From: a virus
Taxonomy: Duplodnaviria > Caudoviricetes
Reading direction: 5' to 3' (one strand)
Virus record (IMG/VR): IMGVR_UViG_3300032030_000007
Coordinates: 160,001 to 224,000 of that record
DNA length: 64,000 bases
In this document: positions 1 through 10,243 of the stretch, one piece after another
Layout: each line of letters opens with the position of its first letter
How positions within the stretch are numbered: position 1 is the stretch's first letter
The notes under the pieces: generated by a model
What the model saw: the letters and a program-made list of their open reading frames with translations, nothing else
Databases searched by the model: none
What the model was told of the DNA's origin: nothing
Translations under genes and position numbers: made by a program

Positions 1-3000
1 ATCATATTGTGAAACGATCTTTAAATCAGCCCAGTCTTTAAGTGCTTTACCAATTTCACTAAGCATAATTGCAGTTTCTTTAAATACTTTAGAACATATA
101 GCAATTTTAGCAGATTTCTTTAAACTGAATGATTCAATTATTGCATCTTGTACTGAAGCAATAACTCCTATTGCTGCAACCATATCTGTTTCAACTTTCT
201 TAACATCAGGTATGCCTTGCATAACTTTATAGATATGATCTATAACACCGATAGTAACATCAGTAACTTCAGCTATTGACCAAATAATACCTAAACCAGC
301 AGCCAAACCCGCAGCACCTATACCGAATGTTTCTGCAGTAAGAGCCAATCCTAAACCAATAGCACCAGCACCTATAGCTATAATAACTGCATACATTGAT
401 GCAACTCCTTTTACTAACGATTTAATCAGAGTCCATTTATCTACACCATTAAATGTTTCTAATAATGTATTAATAACTTTTATACCTGCGTATGTAACTA
501 ATAATACACCCCCTATAGCTGCCAAACCAGTCCAAATATTTTTTGAATTTTTAGCTGCCATTTGAGCTAACTGTATTGTAAGGTATGTATATGCTAATAA
601 TCCTGCGCCAAATAATAATGCATATATTAATATATCAGGATCTTTTGCAATAGTCATACCAGCATATAAAAGTACACCTCCACCAACAATTGTTAATAAT
701 GCAACTGCTATAGCACCAATTATAGCCTGTGGTGCATCTTTAGATGCTTTCTTATAAACATATACAATTGCAAATGTAAATGCTGTTAAAACAACTGCAA
801 ATAATATTAAATTTAAATAATCTTCAGGTTTTAATAATTTAGCACCTAATAATAATACAGCTGCAGAAACTAAAACAAGTATAGCCAATTCTCCAGCACC
901 CTTAAATGCATTTTTACTATTTTTACTTAAGAATATAAATGGTAATGTTACACCAACAATAAATAATGATAACATTATTGTAAATCCAAGTAAATCTTTA
1001 AGTGGAATAAAATGATATGCAATTGAACCAAGTAACATTATTAATGCACTGCCTGCAACAATTATCAAAAATTCTTCAGATGAACGTTTAATACTTTTTA
1101 ATCCTTTTGATACGGCCCATAATATCATACTAACTCCAAATATGAAGAAACTTAAATTAAATATAAATCCCGTCAAATCTTTAAGTGGAATGAAATGATA
1201 TGCAATGGCGCCAAATAATAAAATTAACGCAGATCCCACAACGATAATCATTGCATGTTCAGCACCAGATCTAATCTTACTAAATCCTTTTCCTACTAAC
1301 AAAAATACTGCACCTATAGCAAATAAGAAAGTACCTAATGTAATAGTAAATTTCAATAAATCGTTAGGATCAATAAAATTAATAATTAATGAACCTAATA
1401 TCATTATTAAACCTGCACCAGCAACTAATGTTAAACAATCTTTAGCTCCTTCTAATTCACTTTTAATTCCTTTAGCAAATAACCTAAATGCAAATAATAT
1501 AGAACCTACAAAAAATGTTAATGAAACAGTAAATAATATTAAATCTGCAATTTTTACTTTTGACATTAATAAAGCGCCAAAAATCATTATTGCACCAGAA
1601 GCAGCAATTATCATCATAAATGATTTAATGAAATCTTTAGCTTTTTCAACATCAGAATTTTTAACTTCTTTAATCTTATCAACAATTTTTATCATCTTAT
1701 CAACTGCATTTTCCATAGCATTCATACCAGCTTCAGTTAATTTTGATGATATTGATATTTTGGTTAATTTACTTAATGATTTAAATGCACTAATTAATGT
1801 ATCTATATTTTCAAGATCCTTTTTATCTAATTTTACTAATTTAGTTATATTCTTTCCAATGTCATGATTTGTTGTAAATATTTCAACAAATAATTTAAGA
1901 TCATTATCTATATATTCCTTTATAGATTCATAATCAATATTCTGTATGTTCTTAGCTAATATCTTATCAATTGCAACAATTTTATTGATAATTGTAAGCT
2001 CATCAATTAAAGCCTGAAAATTTTCTAATTCATGCTTAAAATCCATTTTATCCAATTGAATTTCAATTTCAGATAACCCAGTTACAATATCATTTATAAA
2101 ACTATCTTTTATTGTTCCAAATTCTGTTGTACCATCAATTGTACGAATATACTTAAGTATATCATCTAATATTGTCAATTCCTGTTTAAAGAATTCATAT
2201 TTTGCTAGAATCTTTGTAAAATCTTTTATACTAATTTGTGAATCAATTAATTTTAATCCATAAAATATTTCAGGTAAATCTTCAGAAAATATATCTAACT
2301 TAACAGAAGATATACTTGGTAAATTTATAATTATATCAACAATTTTAACTACTTCAGATTCTAATAATCCTTTTAATGCAGATAGTTTAATTGAACTTAA
2401 TATTAAACTTTTAAAAGATGGTATTTGGTCGAATATTGTTTTTAATGATTCAAATACAAAATTAATGTTTTTAATTGTTTCAAAACTGTCATTAACATCT
2501 ATGTTGCCAATAGATTTTAATAATTTTTTAATAGAATCTATTACTTCATCATTAATGTATTCTATTGAATATATAATGTTATCTATTTCCTTATCATCTA
2601 TTTTAGCAATTTCTAAAAATGTATCTAATATACTTTTAATATTTTGTGAAGAACCTAATATTGAATCTGTATTTTTTGTTATTTCATTTGTTGATACATA
2701 TAAGTTTATTATAAGTGATTTTATTTTTTCTAATAATTCATTTTGTATAAAATCAAGATTATCAATTAATCTTGTTTTTTTCTTAAATTTCAAATCACTA
2801 ATTTCAACAATCAATTTAAATATTTCTCCAAGGTTTTCAACTGATTTAACTGTATCGTTACTTAATGCACTTACTGTTTTTATATTATCAAATACAGCAG
2901 GTAACTCCTTAAGAATATAATTATTAATGAATTGCAAATTACTTGCCATTCTTTTACGTTGGAAAAAACCAATGCTACTTACTGTAACGATAGCTTTAAA

Positions 3001-3828
3001 TAAATCATCTAATGCTTCTAATGATTTTTGCACTTCATTAGGTATTTTAGAAAATTTACTTATATTTTTAATGATTATACTAATAGGTCCTCTGTCATCA
3101 GTTAAAAAAGCTAACTTATATAAAGAATCTGTTTTAATTTCACTAATATTTAATATTGAAACAATAGCATTAATAGCATAAGAAATATTTTTTATACTTT
3201 CATTAATTTTAACAGATCCTGCTAATTCATTAATTTTTTTAAAAAGAGATTGAAATGATTTTCCTTTATCATTACTTACAATATCATATAATGTCTTAAT
3301 CTTTTCATTAAGTGAACTAGAATCTAATTTTTCAATTTTGATTAAATCATTAATGGCATTTAAGAAATTAGTTAATGGATCTGTACCATTATATCGCTCT
3401 AATACTTCAGAAAACTTAGTTAAATCTTTAACAATATTACCTCCTTTTATTTCTATATCAAGTGTACTTTGTGAAGAATTATTAATTAGATTATCTGAAA
3501 GAATTTGTTTAATGTCAGCAACATCAGTTTTAATATTTGGTAAAACATCTTCTATTTTTTCTTTAATATTATTAAGAGATGTTCCAGAACTTTCTACTAA
3601 ACTATATAAAGATACACCGGTATTTTGAAATAAATTTTGGAGACCACCTTCATCTCTTTTAAATGTTCCAAAAAGCGCAGTTCCAACACCCTGAAGTAAT
3701 AATTGCATTAAATCAATTTCTTCAGTTTTATTATTTGGCATTTTTACCTTAATTGTTTTGCCTAATGATTTAGTATTATTATCAATATTTTCTAAATGTT
3801 TTTTTACTGTTAATTCTGGTTCTGGCAT
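1..3828 (-). CDS. Tape-measure-like / ejection-channel protein (runs off the window edge)
   Basis: Read by hand on the - strand from ATG 3828 (MPEPELTVKKHLENIDNN...); open in the stretches I translated and missing from the ORF track, consistent with no stop inside the window. Helical N-terminal half, then many Gly/Ala-rich hydrophobic segments with 183-bp periodicity. The + strand ORFs here are its shadows. Confidence 0.7.
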   Translation of the reverse strand, partial: MPEPELTVKKHLENIDNNTKSLGKTIKVKMPNNKTEEIDLMQLLLQGVGTALFGTFKRDEGGLQNLFQNTGVSLYSLVESSGTSLNNIKEKIEDVLPNIKTDVADIKQILSDNLINNSSQSTLDIEIKGGNIVKDLTKFSEVLERYNGTDPLTNFLNAINDLIKIEKLDSSSLNEKIKTLYDIVSNDKGKSFQSLFKKINELAGSVKINESIKNISYAINAIVSILNISEIKTDSLYKLAFLTDDRGPISIIIKNISKFSKIPNEVQKSLEALDDLFKAIVTVSSIGFFQRKRMASNLQFINNYILKELPAVFDNIKTVSALSNDTVKSVENLGEIFKLIVEISDLKFKKKTRLIDNLDFIQNELLEKIKSLIINLYVSTNEITKNTDSILGSSQNIKSILDTFLEIAKIDDKEIDNIIYSIEYINDEVIDSIKKLLKSIGNIDVNDSFETIKNINFVFESLKTIFDQIPSFKSLILSSIKLSALKGLLESEVVKIVDIIINLPSISSVKLDIFSEDLPEIFYGLKLIDSQISIKDFTKILAKYEFFKQELTILDDILKYIRTIDGTTEFGTIKDSFINDIVTGLSEIEIQLDKMDFKHELENFQALIDELTIINKIVAIDKILAKNIQNIDYESIKEYIDNDLKLFVEIFTTNHDIGKNITKLVKLDKKDLENIDTLISAFKSLSKLTKISISSKLTEAGMNAMENAVDKMIKIVDKIKEVKNSDVEKAKDFIKSFMMIIAASGAIMIFGALLMSKVKIADLILFTVSLTFFVGSILFAFRLFAKGIKSELEGAKDCLTLVAGAGLIMILGSLIINFIDPNDLLKFTITLGTFLFAIGAVFLLVGKGFSKIRSGAEHAMIIVVGSALILLFGAIAYHFIPLKDLTGFIFNLSFFIFGVSMILWAVSKGLKSIKRSSEEFLIIVAGSALIMLLGSIAYHFIPLKDLLGFTIMLSLFIVGVTLPFIFLSKNSKNAFKGAGELAILVLVSAAVLLLGAKLLKPEDYLNLILFAVVLTAFTFAIVYVYKKASKDAPQAIIGAIAVALLTIVGGGVLLYAGMTIAKDPDILIYALLFGAGLLAYTYLTIQLAQMAAKNSKNIWTGLAAIGGVLLVTYAGIKVINTLLETFNGVDKWTLIKSLVKGVASMYAVIIAIGAGAIGLGLALTAETFGIGAAGLAAGLGIIWSIAEVTDVTIGVIDHIYKVMQGIPDVKKVETDMVAAIGVIASVQDAIIESFSLKKSAKIAICSKVFKETAIMLSEIGKALKDWADLKIVSQYD
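992..1570 (-). repeat. Degenerate 183-bp (61-aa) intragenic repeats
   Basis: aaatctttaagtggaat(a/g)aaatgatatgcaat at 992 and 1175; degenerate copies start at 1358 and 1541 (183-nt spacing each). Confidence 0.75.
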
Positions 3829-3898
3829 TTAAATTCAAATCATATATTATAAATAAAAATAAATAAAGATATTGAATTTGAAGTATATAAAACAACAA

Positions 3899-3924
3899 AA
3901 AGCAGATCATTAATGATCTGCTTT
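3899..3924 (-). terminator. Intrinsic terminator after ompA
   Basis: Perfect palindrome aaagcagatcatt/aatgatctgcttt with a T-run on the - strand. Confidence 0.8.
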
Positions 3925-3946
3925 ATTTATAAATAATAATTAACAA

Positions 3947-4963
3947 TTAATGTACAGCAGTTACAATAGCAACTCTACCAGTTGTAAGACCAAATGCTAC
4001 ACCCTTACCTACAGCAGAATTAATCTTGCATCCACGTTTCTCAAGATATTCCTTTACTGCATCAGCACGACGTTGTGAAAGTGCAATATTATATTCTGTA
4101 CCACCTTCATTAGAAGCAAATGCTACGATATCATAAATTCCATTTTCACCAAGCTTATTAAGTTCGTCTTTAGCACGATCATCAAGTTCAGAACTGTCAT
4201 ATGCAAAAAATACATATGTATCTGTTTGCTGTGTCACAGGAGTTTCAATAGCAACAGTCTTTTCAATTACCTTAGGTTCACGACTCTCACATTCTGAAAG
4301 TGCGCCATTCAAACGACTAATTTCATCTAACATTGCACCAACATCATATGTCTTAAAATGATGTGTTCCATTACTTGTCTTGAAATGATAAATATATGAA
4401 ATATTAACTGCAAGCTGTGATCCATGTTTATCAAACTTAATATCACCAAATTTGTTAAGATTCCAATATACTGCAGGTGTAATTACAATTGAATGAGCTT
4501 TCTTCTTTCCAAGATTAAATGCAAGATCCAATCCAGTCTTTGCAGTAAGGAAATTGTTTGATGTATTCCATGTATACATCCAACCAAGACCAGTTACTGT
4601 ACTAATTTCAAATACACGTGGTGTTCCATTATATCCACCAAAAATATTTGATAAATTAAATACTAAATTACCCCCAACATTAGTTGCCTTAATAGCAGTT
4701 TTAATATCACTAAAATGATTATCATTTAAAAATGCAATACCTTCTGCTTGAATACCAAATACTGGAGTAAAATTCTTACCTACTTTAATACCTACATTAG
4801 TATTAAGTGGAAACATAGAATTAAAATCAAGAGGTGTTGAAACACCAGCAGTAACGCCAATATTAATATTATCTAACGCATTACTTTTCTCAGTTGCGAT
4901 CTGAGCATTCGCTGTAAAGATCATCATAAATGCGATGACCAAAGTTAAAATAAATTTCTTCAT
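3947..4963 (-). CDS. ompA: OmpA-family outer membrane protein (Bacteroidales type)
   Basis: Signal peptide ending ANA|Q; amphipathic beta-strands; YHFKTSNGTHHF; C-terminal peptidoglycan-binding motif FAYDSS...YNIALSQRRADAVKEYL. Confidence 0.9.
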   Translation of the reverse strand: MKKFILTLVIAFMMIFTANAQIATEKSNALDNINIGVTAGVSTPLDFNSMFPLNTNVGIKVGKNFTPVFGIQAEGIAFLNDNHFSDIKTAIKATNVGGNLVFNLSNIFGGYNGTPRVFEISTVTGLGWMYTWNTSNNFLTAKTGLDLAFNLGKKKAHSIVITPAVYWNLNKFGDIKFDKHGSQLAVNISYIYHFKTSNGTHHFKTYDVGAMLDEISRLNGALSECESREPKVIEKTVAIETPVTQQTDTYVFFAYDSSELDDRAKDELNKLGENGIYDIVAFASNEGGTEYNIALSQRRADAVKEYLEKRGCKINSAVGKGVAFGLTTGRVAIVTAVH

Positions 4964-5022
4964 TCTTTTATAAAAATTAAGTTAATATATTTTATGATAT
5001 CGAATATATATCAATATCAATT

Positions 5023-5053
5023 ATAAATAGTTAAAAAAAATTAATAATTCAAT
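5023..5053 (-). promoter_or_regulatory. Putative promoter TTGAAT-N17-TATTTA
   Basis: Copy of the recurrent upstream motif (see findings). Confidence 0.55.
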
Positions 5054-5066
5054 TTATTAAATAAAA

Positions 5067-5708
5067 TTATGCTTCACCATCGTTAAAATGACTTCTATAA
5101 ATATAAAATTGCTTTAATTGTTTTTTCAATTTATTATTTTCAGAATTTACTGTTTGCCACATATTATGATACTTAGTAAGATTATCTATTTTTTCACGTA
5201 GCTTTTTATTTACTTGTTTTGAAACGTTTGCTTCGTGAATTACATTATCATAATTCTTTTTAATATTATTTAATTCCTCTATTTTCTTTTTATATTCAAG
5301 CGCTTTATTTTCTTTAAGTGTAATTTCTTTCTTAAGCTTATCTATTTTTTCTTCATAATCTCTCTTATTAATCATTGAATTTGTAGCCATATTCATAAGA
5401 ACAATTTTAACAGTAAATTCAAGATTCTCTATCCATTGTTTAACTTTACCAATATTGTCATATATCACCATATTACGATAATATATACAAACATATTTGA
5501 AAGTATTTTTTTCTTGTTGAATAATGACATCAATACGGTCAATATCACCTTTTAATGCAATATGATCTGAAATTCGTACTTGACGAATAGCATTAAGACT
5601 ACAATATATTGAACCACCTGGGCATTCCTTTTGAAGTTTGCCACCAAGTGATTCAATATGCTTTATAATTATTCTTGCTTGTTCGCGAGCCTTACCTGTT
5701 AGTTTCAT
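5067..5708 (-). CDS. Hypothetical protein (RISDH motif, C-terminal coiled coil)
   Basis: 213-aa ORF in a tight operon. Confidence 0.75.
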   Translation of the reverse strand: MKLTGKAREQARIIIKHIESLGGKLQKECPGGSIYCSLNAIRQVRISDHIALKGDIDRIDVIIQQEKNTFKYVCIYYRNMVIYDNIGKVKQWIENLEFTVKIVLMNMATNSMINKRDYEEKIDKLKKEITLKENKALEYKKKIEELNNIKKNYDNVIHEANVSKQVNKKLREKIDNLTKYHNMWQTVNSENNKLKKQLKQFYIYRSHFNDGEA

Positions 5709-5709
5709 A

Positions 5710-6108
5710 TCAACTTAATGCTGCTTCAAGAGTATGACATGTCTGTGATGGCATCCAATTAAACATAATAAGATTAAATCCAAAATCTTTTGCTCTATTG
5801 ATCAAAACTCCAATAATATTGTCTCTTATTTCCCTTTCAGCTTTATTTGTTTTTACTAAATCAATCCATTTATCTCGTTCTTTGCTAAACTCATCTTTAA
5901 CATCTTTTACAAAATACTTCATTTTATTTTCAGAAACAATTTCTCTAATTGTGCCTTGAATAATTGAATTAAAATGTAAAGATTTCGTTTTCATATTACG
6001 AGCAAATATGCTTCTTTCAATAATACAAGTATATCCAATTGAATATGAAAGCATCTGCTCATCATAACAAGTTACTAATCCTAAAAATGTCTTATTTATC
6101 TTTATCAT
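5710..6108 (-). CDS. Hypothetical protein
   Basis: ORF abutting both neighbours. Confidence 0.75.
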   Translation of the reverse strand: MIKINKTFLGLVTCYDEQMLSYSIGYTCIIERSIFARNMKTKSLHFNSIIQGTIREIVSENKMKYFVKDVKDEFSKERDKWIDLVKTNKAEREIRDNIIGVLINRAKDFGFNLIMFNWMPSQTCHTLEAALS

Positions 6109-6110
6109 AA

Positions 6111-6536
6111 TTATCTTTTTTTAAATTCATCGAAACATCCATTATTCCAAAATACTAATTCACAATCAACCCATTTGTTTGTATCATAATCTTTATATCC
6201 TCTTTCAATAGAAGTACAGATATCATCATGATCATATTCAATCAGAATCATCTGTCCTTCTTTATTATAAAGAGGCGAAAAATCAATTATATAGTTAGGC
6301 ATTGCAAATTCTCCGTCTTTCTGCTTATGATATGTCATACACAAGAAACAATACCCAGGATATTCTTTACAACGAATCAATCCACAGATGCCACCAAATG
6401 TTTCAAGTTTATCTTTATTCCAACTACATTTATAATAAGCCATATTAAGACCACCAATACGGCATCTTGTATACTCATCATCTTTTGAAATTAATTCAAG
6501 TTTGTACTTTGCTATATCATTCATAATTACATCCAA
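6111..6536 (-). CDS. Hypothetical protein (Cys-rich)
   Basis: ORF in operon; the true start may be the ATG 4 codons in. Confidence 0.7.
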   Translation of the reverse strand: MDVIMNDIAKYKLELISKDDEYTRCRIGGLNMAYYKCSWNKDKLETFGGICGLIRCKEYPGYCFLCMTYHKQKDGEFAMPNYIIDFSPLYNKEGQMILIEYDHDDICTSIERGYKDYDTNKWVDCELVFWNNGCFDEFKKR

Positions 6537-6934
6537 TTATATTTGTTTACTGTATCTTTATCTTCACAATCATTATAGCTATTTTCCCAGTCCTTTTCAT
6601 ATTTTGAATCCTTATAGTCTTCTTCATCCATAAATACATATCGGTTCATTTGATTTGTTCGGCACATATATCCACTTAAATGAAAACCTTCCTCAAAAGT
6701 ATGTTTCATCTGTCTAAATGTAAATACTGGCTTATCATTTTCAACAATATCTTTATAAATATCTGGAAATAATTTTTTAACTTCTTCTAATGTTGCATTA
6801 CTGAATTTTGTATATTCATCAATTTCCATTGGATTACCTACCAAATTCTGATTCTGAGCCTGCTTCAATATTGCCCATTTAATATAAAAATCAAAATGAT
6901 CATTAACAAAACTAGCTGATGAATGATGTTTCAT
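6527..6934 (-). CDS. Hypothetical protein
   Basis: ORF in operon. Confidence 0.75.
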   Translation of the reverse strand: MKHHSSASFVNDHFDFYIKWAILKQAQNQNLVGNPMEIDEYTKFSNATLEEVKKLFPDIYKDIVENDKPVFTFRQMKHTFEEGFHLSGYMCRTNQMNRYVFMDEEDYKDSKYEKDWENSYNDCEDKDTVNKYNWM

Positions 6935-6939
6935 ATTAT

Positions 6940-7380
6940 TTAATATTTAGTTTTGAAATACCAATCTGCTAAATCAAATGCATCGTACTCATTTTTTGAA
7001 GACCATTCAATAAATTCACTGTTATAGTCTCCTCCATTATGTTCTGAAATATCTTCAAAAATTTCTCCAGTTTCAAGATTCTTAATTGTAAGAACAATAA
7101 TTGCCTGACCACCATCATCAGAAGTAACAGCAAGGAATAAACCAGTATCTTTGAAATCATCTCGTGAAACTTCAACAGGATTATAAGTATACACATTTCC
7201 GTTCTCATCAATATCATCAGGATCTACTGAACGGAATATATATTTCTTATTAACAACTTCATATTTTGGTGTTGCAATATCTTTTACAAAATTATAAAAA
7301 ACATCTCCAATATTCAAATCATAATATGAATCTTCAATGTTTCTTAAACGAATTGTTTTACCTGTTTGAAATATCTTCAT
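6940..7380 (-). CDS. Hypothetical protein
   Basis: First ORF after the promoter-like motif at ~7406-7435. Confidence 0.75.
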   Translation of the reverse strand: MKIFQTGKTIRLRNIEDSYYDLNIGDVFYNFVKDIATPKYEVVNKKYIFRSVDPDDIDENGNVYTYNPVEVSRDDFKDTGLFLAVTSDDGGQAIIVLTIKNLETGEIFEDISEHNGGDYNSEFIEWSSKNEYDAFDLADWYFKTKY

Positions 7381-7466
7381 AATTTATTTATTTGATTACA
7401 AATATAATATAGTAAAGAAATAAAAAAATTAAATAATATATGAAATATTTTATTAAAAAAAAATAA

Positions 7467-7487
7467 AAGGGAGAATTAATCTCCCTT
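7467..7487 (-). terminator. Intrinsic terminator
   Basis: aagggaga/tctccctt stem over the stop codon, followed by a long T tract on the - strand. Confidence 0.75.
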
Positions 7488-7811
7488 CATATATAAAACT
7501 TCTTTACCGTATGTTTCTGCTGTAAATTTCTCAACCTTACAGCCCTTTGAATTTTCCCAACCAGGACACATAAGTATTGCATCACATAATATAACTTGTT
7601 CAATATCTTTACCCATATAGTATGCAGTACGTTCAATTTCAAGATGATTACCTAATGCTTCATTATCAATATGATTAGAATCTATTGGAGATACCCATTC
7701 ATATTTTCTATATTTTCTTTGAAGATATTCTTTAGCTTTATTATTTCTATCATAAACAGTATCTTCCTGAAATGCTATAGGTAATGATATATAAATTTTC
7801 TTTTTATTCAT
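7476..7811 (-). CDS. DUF4406 / nucleoside 2-deoxyribosyltransferase-fold protein
   Basis: KIYISLPI...CDAILMCPGWENSKGCKVE...GKEV pattern. Confidence 0.8.
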   Translation of the reverse strand: MNKKKIYISLPIAFQEDTVYDRNNKAKEYLQRKYRKYEWVSPIDSNHIDNEALGNHLEIERTAYYMGKDIEQVILCDAILMCPGWENSKGCKVEKFTAETYGKEVLYMKGD

Positions 7812-7840
7812 AATTATAATTATTACATAATGAAATTACA

Positions 7841-8602
7841 TTAATGTTTAACATCTGTACTTCCAAATCCTGAGTCTCCTCTTTGAGAATTTTCCATTAT
7901 CTTATTATATTCGTCTTCTTTAGAATTTTCATAAACAGTATGAATAATAGGAATAAGCATCATCTGAACTAATTTATCTCCGCAATAAACAATATTCTGT
8001 CCTTCTGTATATAAATCTTTTGTATAAGATTGTGAAAGGTGAACAAATCCTGCATAATCTTCATCGACCAAACATGCACGAACATCCCATCCTCTATTTC
8101 CACATCCTGACTTATTTACATATAATCCTGCAATTCCAAAACCTAATAATTCTAACATTTGACGTAAATTTTCAGTATTAGGTCCTTTATCATTCCATGC
8201 TGTTGGTAATGCTACTTTAATTCCTGAATTAATAAATAATGTATCGTTAAGTTTTAAAGCAACTCCAACTACTTTTTTCTTTCTATCATAAACTGCAAAA
8301 TTATTTATAAAATATTTAACTGCAGAATAAATTGAACCAGTTTTTGCTGCTTCTAAATGCTTATCATATGTTGCTAAAAATAAATGAGTTAAATTAGCAG
8401 CTTGTTCTTTAACTTCATATTGCTTAATAAATTCTTGATAAATTGTGTTTATCTGTTCAGTAGATTTTCCGTAAGATTTTTCAAATGCTTTTAACGCAAG
8501 ATTAATTTGTTCTTCTGTTTTCAAATTAGGAATATAATAATCAGATCCTGCTGATGTAAATGAATTTGTTGGTGTTATTCCAAATGCATTATAAATTTTC
8601 AT
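7841..8602 (-). CDS. dut: Trimeric dUTPase with large insertions
   Basis: Motifs SAGSD, NKSG, VDEDYAG, GDKLVQ, RGDSGFGST. Confidence 0.9.
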   Translation of the reverse strand: MKIYNAFGITPTNSFTSAGSDYYIPNLKTEEQINLALKAFEKSYGKSTEQINTIYQEFIKQYEVKEQAANLTHLFLATYDKHLEAAKTGSIYSAVKYFINNFAVYDRKKKVVGVALKLNDTLFINSGIKVALPTAWNDKGPNTENLRQMLELLGFGIAGLYVNKSGCGNRGWDVRACLVDEDYAGFVHLSQSYTKDLYTEGQNIVYCGDKLVQMMLIPIIHTVYENSKEDEYNKIMENSQRGDSGFGSTDVKH

Positions 8603-8632
8603 TAATTATTTAATATCATATATTTATAAAAC

Positions 8633-8679
8633 AAAATAGTTTACATATTGAATACTTTTCAAAATATGTAAACTATTTT
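8633..8679. promoter_or_regulatory. 47-bp palindromic element over the dut promoter
   Basis: aaaatagtttacatatt-N13-aatatgtaaactatttt; the same outer arms recur at 31447-31493. Confidence 0.7.
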
Positions 8680-8700
8680 TTTACAAGAACAAACCATTAT

Positions 8701-9189
8701 TTAACGATTGTAGTTCTTAGGATTTTTTCCTTCAGCAATAATTTCCTGACGTGTCTTAATAAATTCAAGGTTCATATTTGCAAGATAATTCTCTACAATA
8801 TTCTTAAATCTGCGATATGTAAACTTACCTCGAATTTCAATAACCATAATAGGATTTTCTATTGCATTAACCATTGCAATTTCGTATCCTAATTGCTTAT
8901 TTATTTTTGTATCACAAGGATGCTGCTTAGACATTCCAACAAATAATACATACTTATTATTTTTGTTTGTCTTAATTGGACCTTTTTCTCTTGGCCAATA
9001 TCCTTCTCCTTCAATACCTACTTTATATAAGTTACCAACAAATGCTACAGCCTGCAATGTTCCGTACTTATCATATTTTCTACCATTAATACTTACCTCC
9101 GTACATACATCCCTATTCTGGGTTGCTGTTGTATATTCGAAAGTGTTAACTAACTCTTTAAAACCAAAATTATTTGTATTAAATTCCAT
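8701..9189 (-). CDS. Hypothetical protein (GMSKQHPCD...LGYEIAMVNA motif)
   Basis: 162-aa ORF with its own promoter-like motif at ~9236-9264. Confidence 0.75.
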   Translation of the reverse strand: MEFNTNNFGFKELVNTFEYTTATQNRDVCTEVSINGRKYDKYGTLQAVAFVGNLYKVGIEGEGYWPREKGPIKTNKNNKYVLFVGMSKQHPCDTKINKQLGYEIAMVNAIENPIMVIEIRGKFTYRRFKNIVENYLANMNLEFIKTRQEIIAEGKNPKNYNR

Positions 9190-9267
9190 TTTTAAATTTT
9201 TTAGAGGTTATTATATTACAATTAATATAATGTTAAAATAGTTTAAAACATTTATATGTTCAATAAA

Positions 9268-9744
9268 TTAATAAAAAGTTTTTACATTTTTATAATATCG
9301 TTCTTTACACATACTAATATCATCTTCTATAACAGGATCTTGAACAATATACTTATATGTAAAGCCTTCTACAGTTTTCATATCATATTGTTGTTCTTCA
9401 ATTGCTGTTTCTATTTCATCATCAAAATATGTACACAAGAATTTTGATAATCCATCACTCCAAACAGTAAGATCAAATGATTCTACATAAAATTTATCTT
9501 CTAAATCTAAAAGTGTATCTTCATCTTCTATTGGTAGTGTATCAAATAAAAATGTACATAAAGCATCAATAGAAACAAATGCAAAATGGCTATTTCTATA
9601 ATATGGAATACAATGATTCCATGGTTTCATATTCTTAAAAAGCTCATTAATATAAATTTCACCAGGTGATTCATTGTATGGATATGGTAATCCAAATACT
9701 AATTCTCCATCATATTCTTTGTGTTTTAATTTATAAACTTTCAT
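9268..9744 (-). CDS. Hypothetical protein
   Basis: ORF with ATGA overlap to the upstream gene. Confidence 0.75.
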   Translation of the reverse strand: MKVYKLKHKEYDGELVFGLPYPYNESPGEIYINELFKNMKPWNHCIPYYRNSHFAFVSIDALCTFLFDTLPIEDEDTLLDLEDKFYVESFDLTVWSDGLSKFLCTYFDDEIETAIEEQQYDMKTVEGFTYKYIVQDPVIEDDISMCKERYYKNVKTFY

Positions 9745-10136
9745 ATATCTTCGTTTTTATTATTTTCTATAGCTGGTGTACATTTTGTCCAAAATCCAAA
9801 TAAATCTAATTGATCTTCCAATGTTAATTTAGATACATCATAAACATCATTTATTGAATGAATCTTAACGATTTCCCCATCACAATCAAATATATAGTAA
9901 AAGGCAACTCCATTTTTAAATTCAGAATCATATTCAACTTTAACAAATTTACCAACTTTCATTGGCATTGTATGCATAACTGAATAATGAACATACTGAA
10001 CATTATGATCTGGGAATCTGTATAAATCTCCGACCTTTGGGTCAGGTCGATTATATATATCTTCCCAAAGATTTATTAAATATGGACTGTTAATGTTAAT
10101 AAAATTATAAAATTCTTTATAGTCTTTTAATTTCAT
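9741..10136 (-). CDS. Hypothetical protein
   Basis: ORF after a TTGTAA-N17-TATATT motif. Confidence 0.75.
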   Translation of the reverse strand: MKLKDYKEFYNFININSPYLINLWEDIYNRPDPKVGDLYRFPDHNVQYVHYSVMHTMPMKVGKFVKVEYDSEFKNGVAFYYIFDCDGEIVKIHSINDVYDVSKLTLEDQLDLFGFWTKCTPAIENNKNEDI

Positions 10137-10197
10137 TATTAATTAAATTTAATGATTATATAAATAAATATAGATTACTACAAAAAATATTACAAAC

Positions 10198-10221
10198 AAA
10201 GGGTAGCTTTAACTACCCTTT
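10198..10221 (-). terminator. Terminator ending the cargo-gene cluster
   Basis: aaagggtag/ctacccttt stem-loop. Confidence 0.75.
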
Positions 10222-10243
10222 ATTCTATAAATCATATTAAATT

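Noticed and set aside
1205-3628. + strand ORFs at 1205, 2465, 2927 and 3338
   Set aside because: Antisense shadows of the long - strand tape-measure-like gene
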